The notes beneath the pieces are model-generated. The model worked only from the letters and a program-made list of their open reading frames with translations. It was not told where the DNA came from and did not search any database. Made by a program: the position numbers and the translations under genes. From positions 8,311 to 72,310 of the forward strand of contig CAJAVM010000026.1 of NCBI GenBank assembly GCA_903945435.1: a stretch of DNA of 64,000 bases, in the 5' to 3' direction. This stretch comes from an uncultured bacterium (lineage in GTDB: Bacteria > Patescibacteriota > Patescibacteriia > Patescibacteriales > UBA12465). This document shows, piece after piece, positions 62,401 through 64,000 of this stretch (position 1 is its first letter; each line of letters starts with the position of its first letter).

Positions 62401-64000
62401 CCGCCAGGAACAACTGCAGCACTCCAAGCATAAGTTAAATCGCTAGAACCATCGATATTATCAGTTACTGTTGTTCCTGAAGTTGTCGCAACCGTAGCTG
62501 TAACAATACTTCCAATATTAATTACCGGATTAACAGAGTCGATTGTAAATTTAGAAGAAGTTCCGACTGAATAATTATCATAAATATCGTAAGCATCAAT
62601 CTTTATTAAACTACTAGTTGAATTAACTGCACCAGGAACAGTCCAAGCATATGCCCTACTAGTTGAAGCGACAGATGAAGTTGCTAAAGTCCAAGAAACA
62701 CCATTATTAAGAGAGTATCTAATATCAAAATAATCCAAATCACTAGTCGCCGGGATTGTCCAATTAATATTCTGTACTACGCCACCCTTAACAAAAGTAG
62801 AAGCATTCGGTGTTGTTATGACTGGGATTTCCGGTTCACCTTGCCAATAGAAAGTTAACAAACTTGTAACAACATGTCCCGCTCTATCAGTAACTGATAA
62901 CTGCGTTGTATAATTTCCAGAAACCGTACCTGACATAACTGGATTCATCACAGTATTAGAAGATAAAACTAAAATTCCGCCAACAGGCGTACTTATAGAA
63001 CTCCAGGCATAAGTTAAATCACTAGGCCCGTCGATATTATCAGTTACTGTTGTTCCGGAAGTTGTAGCAACGGTCGTTGTTCCAATATTTCCAATATTAA
63101 TTACTGGATTAACTGAATCAATTATAAAATTAGGGGAGATGCCGGAAGACCAACTATTATATATATCATAAGCATCAATTTTAACTAAACTGCTCGTTGA
63201 ATTTAAACCTCCAGGCACCAACCAATTGTAAGTTCTGCTACTAGTAGCAATTGCAGACGTAACTAAAATCCAATTTAAGCCATTATCAATCGAATAACTC
63301 ATGTTAAAATGATCTAAATCAACCACGTCAGTAAGGAACCAATCAATTCTTTGATTCGCTCCCCCGGAAGCATAAGTAGTATCAGTTGGATTAGTTACGG
63401 TCGGTGTACCGGGTTCTGCTTGCCAATAAAATACTAAAATTCTATTTGTAGAATGACCCGCTCTATCAGTAACAGTTAATTTCGCAGTATAAAATCCAGT
63501 TACTGTTCCTGCCATTGCTGGGTCCATAACTGAACCAGAAGGTGTGAATACTAAAGTTCCGCCACTAGGAACATTATCAGCCGTCCAAACATAAGTTAAA
63601 TCATTAGGGCCATCAATATTATCAGTTACGGTTGTTCCTGAAGTTGTAGCTACAGTTGCAGCTGAAATACTTCCAATATTAATTACTGGGGCAATCGAAT
63701 CAATTGTAAAATTAGATGAAACGCCACTTGATTGATTATCATAAATATCAAGAGCATCAATCTTAATTAAACTACTAGTTGAATTTAAACCACCAGGGAT
63801 AGACCATGCATAAAGTCGGCTACTAGGACTAGTCGTTGCAATCACATTCCAAGAACTCCCATTATTAAGTGAGTAACTTAAAGTAAAATAATCTAAATCA
63901 CTTGTTACCGGTAAGGTCCAATCAATATTTTGGATATTTCCTCCTTGTGCAAACACTGAAGTATTGGGGTTTGTTATTACTGGAACATCAGGCTCTCCCT
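59478..64000 (-). CDS. Giant repeat-containing surface/adhesin-like protein, C-terminal >1500 aa (5' end outside window)
   Basis: The frame is open to the window edge; the track's M at 63956 is an internal GTG (context ...GEPDVPVITNPNTSVFAQGG). It holds six ~193-aa bi-domain repeats, Gly15, two 4-Cys motifs, Asp-rich Ca-binding-like repeats and two ~60-aa ...AWYV.P...KRYYLG... modules. Confidence 0.85.
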   Translation of the reverse strand, partial: GEPDVPVITNPNTSVFAQGGNIQNIDWTLPVTSDLDYFTLSYSLNNGSSWNVIATTSPSSRLYAWSIPGGLNSTSSLIKIDALDIYDNQSSGVSSNFTIDSIAPVINIGSISAATVATTSGTTVTDNIDGPNDLTYVWTADNVPSGGTLVFTPSGSVMDPAMAGTVTGFYTAKLTVTDRAGHSTNRILVFYWQAEPGTPTVTNPTDTTYASGGANQRIDWFLTDVVDLDHFNMSYSIDNGLNWILVTSAIATSSRTYNWLVPGGLNSTSSLVKIDAYDIYNSWSSGISPNFIIDSVNPVINIGNIGTTTVATTSGTTVTDNIDGPSDLTYAWSSISTPVGGILVLSSNTVMNPVMSGTVSGNYTTQLSVTDRAGHVVTSLLTFYWQGEPEIPVITTPNASTFVKGGVVQNINWTIPATSDLDYFDIRYSLNNGVSWTLATSSVASTSRAYAWTVPGAVNSTSSLIKIDAYDIYDNYSVGTSSKFTIDSVNPVINIGSIVTATVATTSGTTVTDNIDGSSDLTYAWSAAVVPGGGSLVFTPSSSVVNPAMAGTVTGNYTAQLTVTDRAGNSSTRALTFYWQAEPGIPTISNPTDATFVKAGTIQNINWFIDAVDLDYFDLSYSINNGVSWNSIATTTAASRTYAWTVPSAVNSTSSLIKIDAYDTHGVKSTGTSANFTIDSTVPVINIGSLGRIRVETNSGTTATDNIDGSSDLNYLWSSVITPGGGALVLSSATAINPTFSGTVSGSYTANLYVEDRAGNISTSPLTFYWEGEPDVPTITAPTSTSAVRGGAVQTISWSIPALPDLRDFSLSYSINNGSTWNVIVAGLSAGIRTYAWTVPAALNSTSSLVRVAAYDNYGNQSTGTSVNFTIDSTKPIVNAGTIATAINTATSSVGVSASDNYDTESNLTFLWTEISKPSGANLVISSPTATSTLFSGDISGAYQVLLSATDRSGNVGTSTLSFSWLSQYDPLVTYPILGTNLPGNSTSTITWTIVDPGDLDHMEAEYSINNGSSWNVINDAIASSSLLVSWPISAGINSTSSLVRILAVDTLGDIATGTSFLFSIDSTAPTVSAGSFSGDVNSATAPGATAIDNFNVANQMTYTWTQQIVPAGGNISFGGGANILNPTLSGNVNGNYTALLSVSDLAGNTSSSTVSFTRNVAAGGGGGGGGGGGGGGGSVTPCTAVVYGDWGACFNGIQYRSIVSSTPNQCSPTTAQQASQSQSCANAEYCTEVIYGAWGDCSGGYQHREVSTKYPATCTLTTEQNTNKNKACSSGGDGPFDLDALDIMEAARALLVKEDPKLVGNLMGRILIQVEDKGRAWYVNPVDRKRYYLGSAQNAFSVMSLIGQGISNKNLRKIPIGLVKDSLNEDRDTDGDRLTDRLEEGIGSDKNKIDSDGDSYNDYEEIINGYNSYGPGKLVTDPKLLKLALGRMYIQVETNGEAWYVEPVSKKRYYLGRPTEAYAIMRQFGLGITNADLNKIPVAQFTTAQVQKITQMLEERKNKQK
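60465..60509 (-). repeat. Fifteen consecutive Gly codons (GGN) forming a poly-Gly linker
   Basis: Minus strand GGC GGT GGC GGC GGA GGT GGC GGA GGT GGT GGC GGC GGA GGT GGT. This is the most GC-rich tract in the window. Confidence 0.95.
60510..64000 (-). repeat. Tandem coding repeats, period about 579 bp (192-194 aa), at least 6 units
   Basis: Units end (..F[TIS]IDS) at 63696, 63114, 62535, 61959, 61380 and 60798. Each unit is an Ig-like module (..DLDYF.LSYS.NNG.SW...R.YAWTVP..NSTSSL.KI.AYD...) plus a PKD-like module (PVINIG...TVTDNIDG.SDLTY.W...L.VTDRAGN...F.W). Confidence 0.85.

Noticed and set aside
1-64000. Search for tRNA, rRNA, CRISPR arrays, IS elements, integrases or prophage genes
   Set aside because: No intergenic space exceeds ~300 nt. 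I saw no T-loop-like GGTTCGAATCC-type motif, no short direct-repeat/spacer array outside coding sequence, and no transposase- or integrase-like ORF. The only large repeats are coding repeats of the giant surface-protein gene.

Overview
AT-rich, very gene-dense bacterial chromosome segment with most genes on the minus strand. The content fits a small-genome Patescibacteria/CPR-like organism using the standard code: RF2 is present, and TAA and TGA both act as stops. Supporting traits are a short RpoA, a truncated AlaRS, an archaeal-type ProRS, extended ribosomal proteins, a core-only ComEC, a giant repeat surface protein and almost no Shine-Dalgarno motifs; this taxonomic placement is inference. 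Gene order: tuf (5' part), an orphan ORF, fusA, rpsG, rpsL; a small plus-strand island (unannotated mini-lipoprotein, membrane/coiled-coil orphan); M50 protease, rpmB, comEC, prfB; infA-rpmJ-rpsM-rpsK-rpsD-rpoA-rplQ-rplM-rpsI; alaS; a dcw-type block (mraY-ftsW-murG-murC-ABC exporter-murB); an envelope-glycan block (degenerate GspE/PilB-like protein, GT2, DUF2304-like, three GT4, UXS-like SDR, S8 protease with FG-GAP repeats, rfbB/rfbC-like, PfkB kinase) interleaved with mreBCD, a second mreB and a stand-alone receiver; proS, ruvA, U32, ileS, a nucleotide-sanitation trio, secA, nrdAB; a PurM-like gene plus a PAICS-type PurC-PurE fusion broken by one in-frame TAA; and the 3' 4.5 kb of a giant repeat adhesin-like gene that runs off the window. 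I found no rRNA, tRNA, CRISPR or mobile element. Most worth a second look: (1) the PurM-like/PAICS-type purine mini-island with its premature stop, (2) the catalytically degenerate GspE/PilB homologue translationally coupled to a glycosyltransferase cluster, (3) RpoA lacking the alpha-CTD together with SD-less initiation and consensus promoters, (4) a class Ic-type NrdB signature with a candidate operator at nrdA, (5) the modular giant surface protein. All family calls come from motif recognition by eye, with no searches run.
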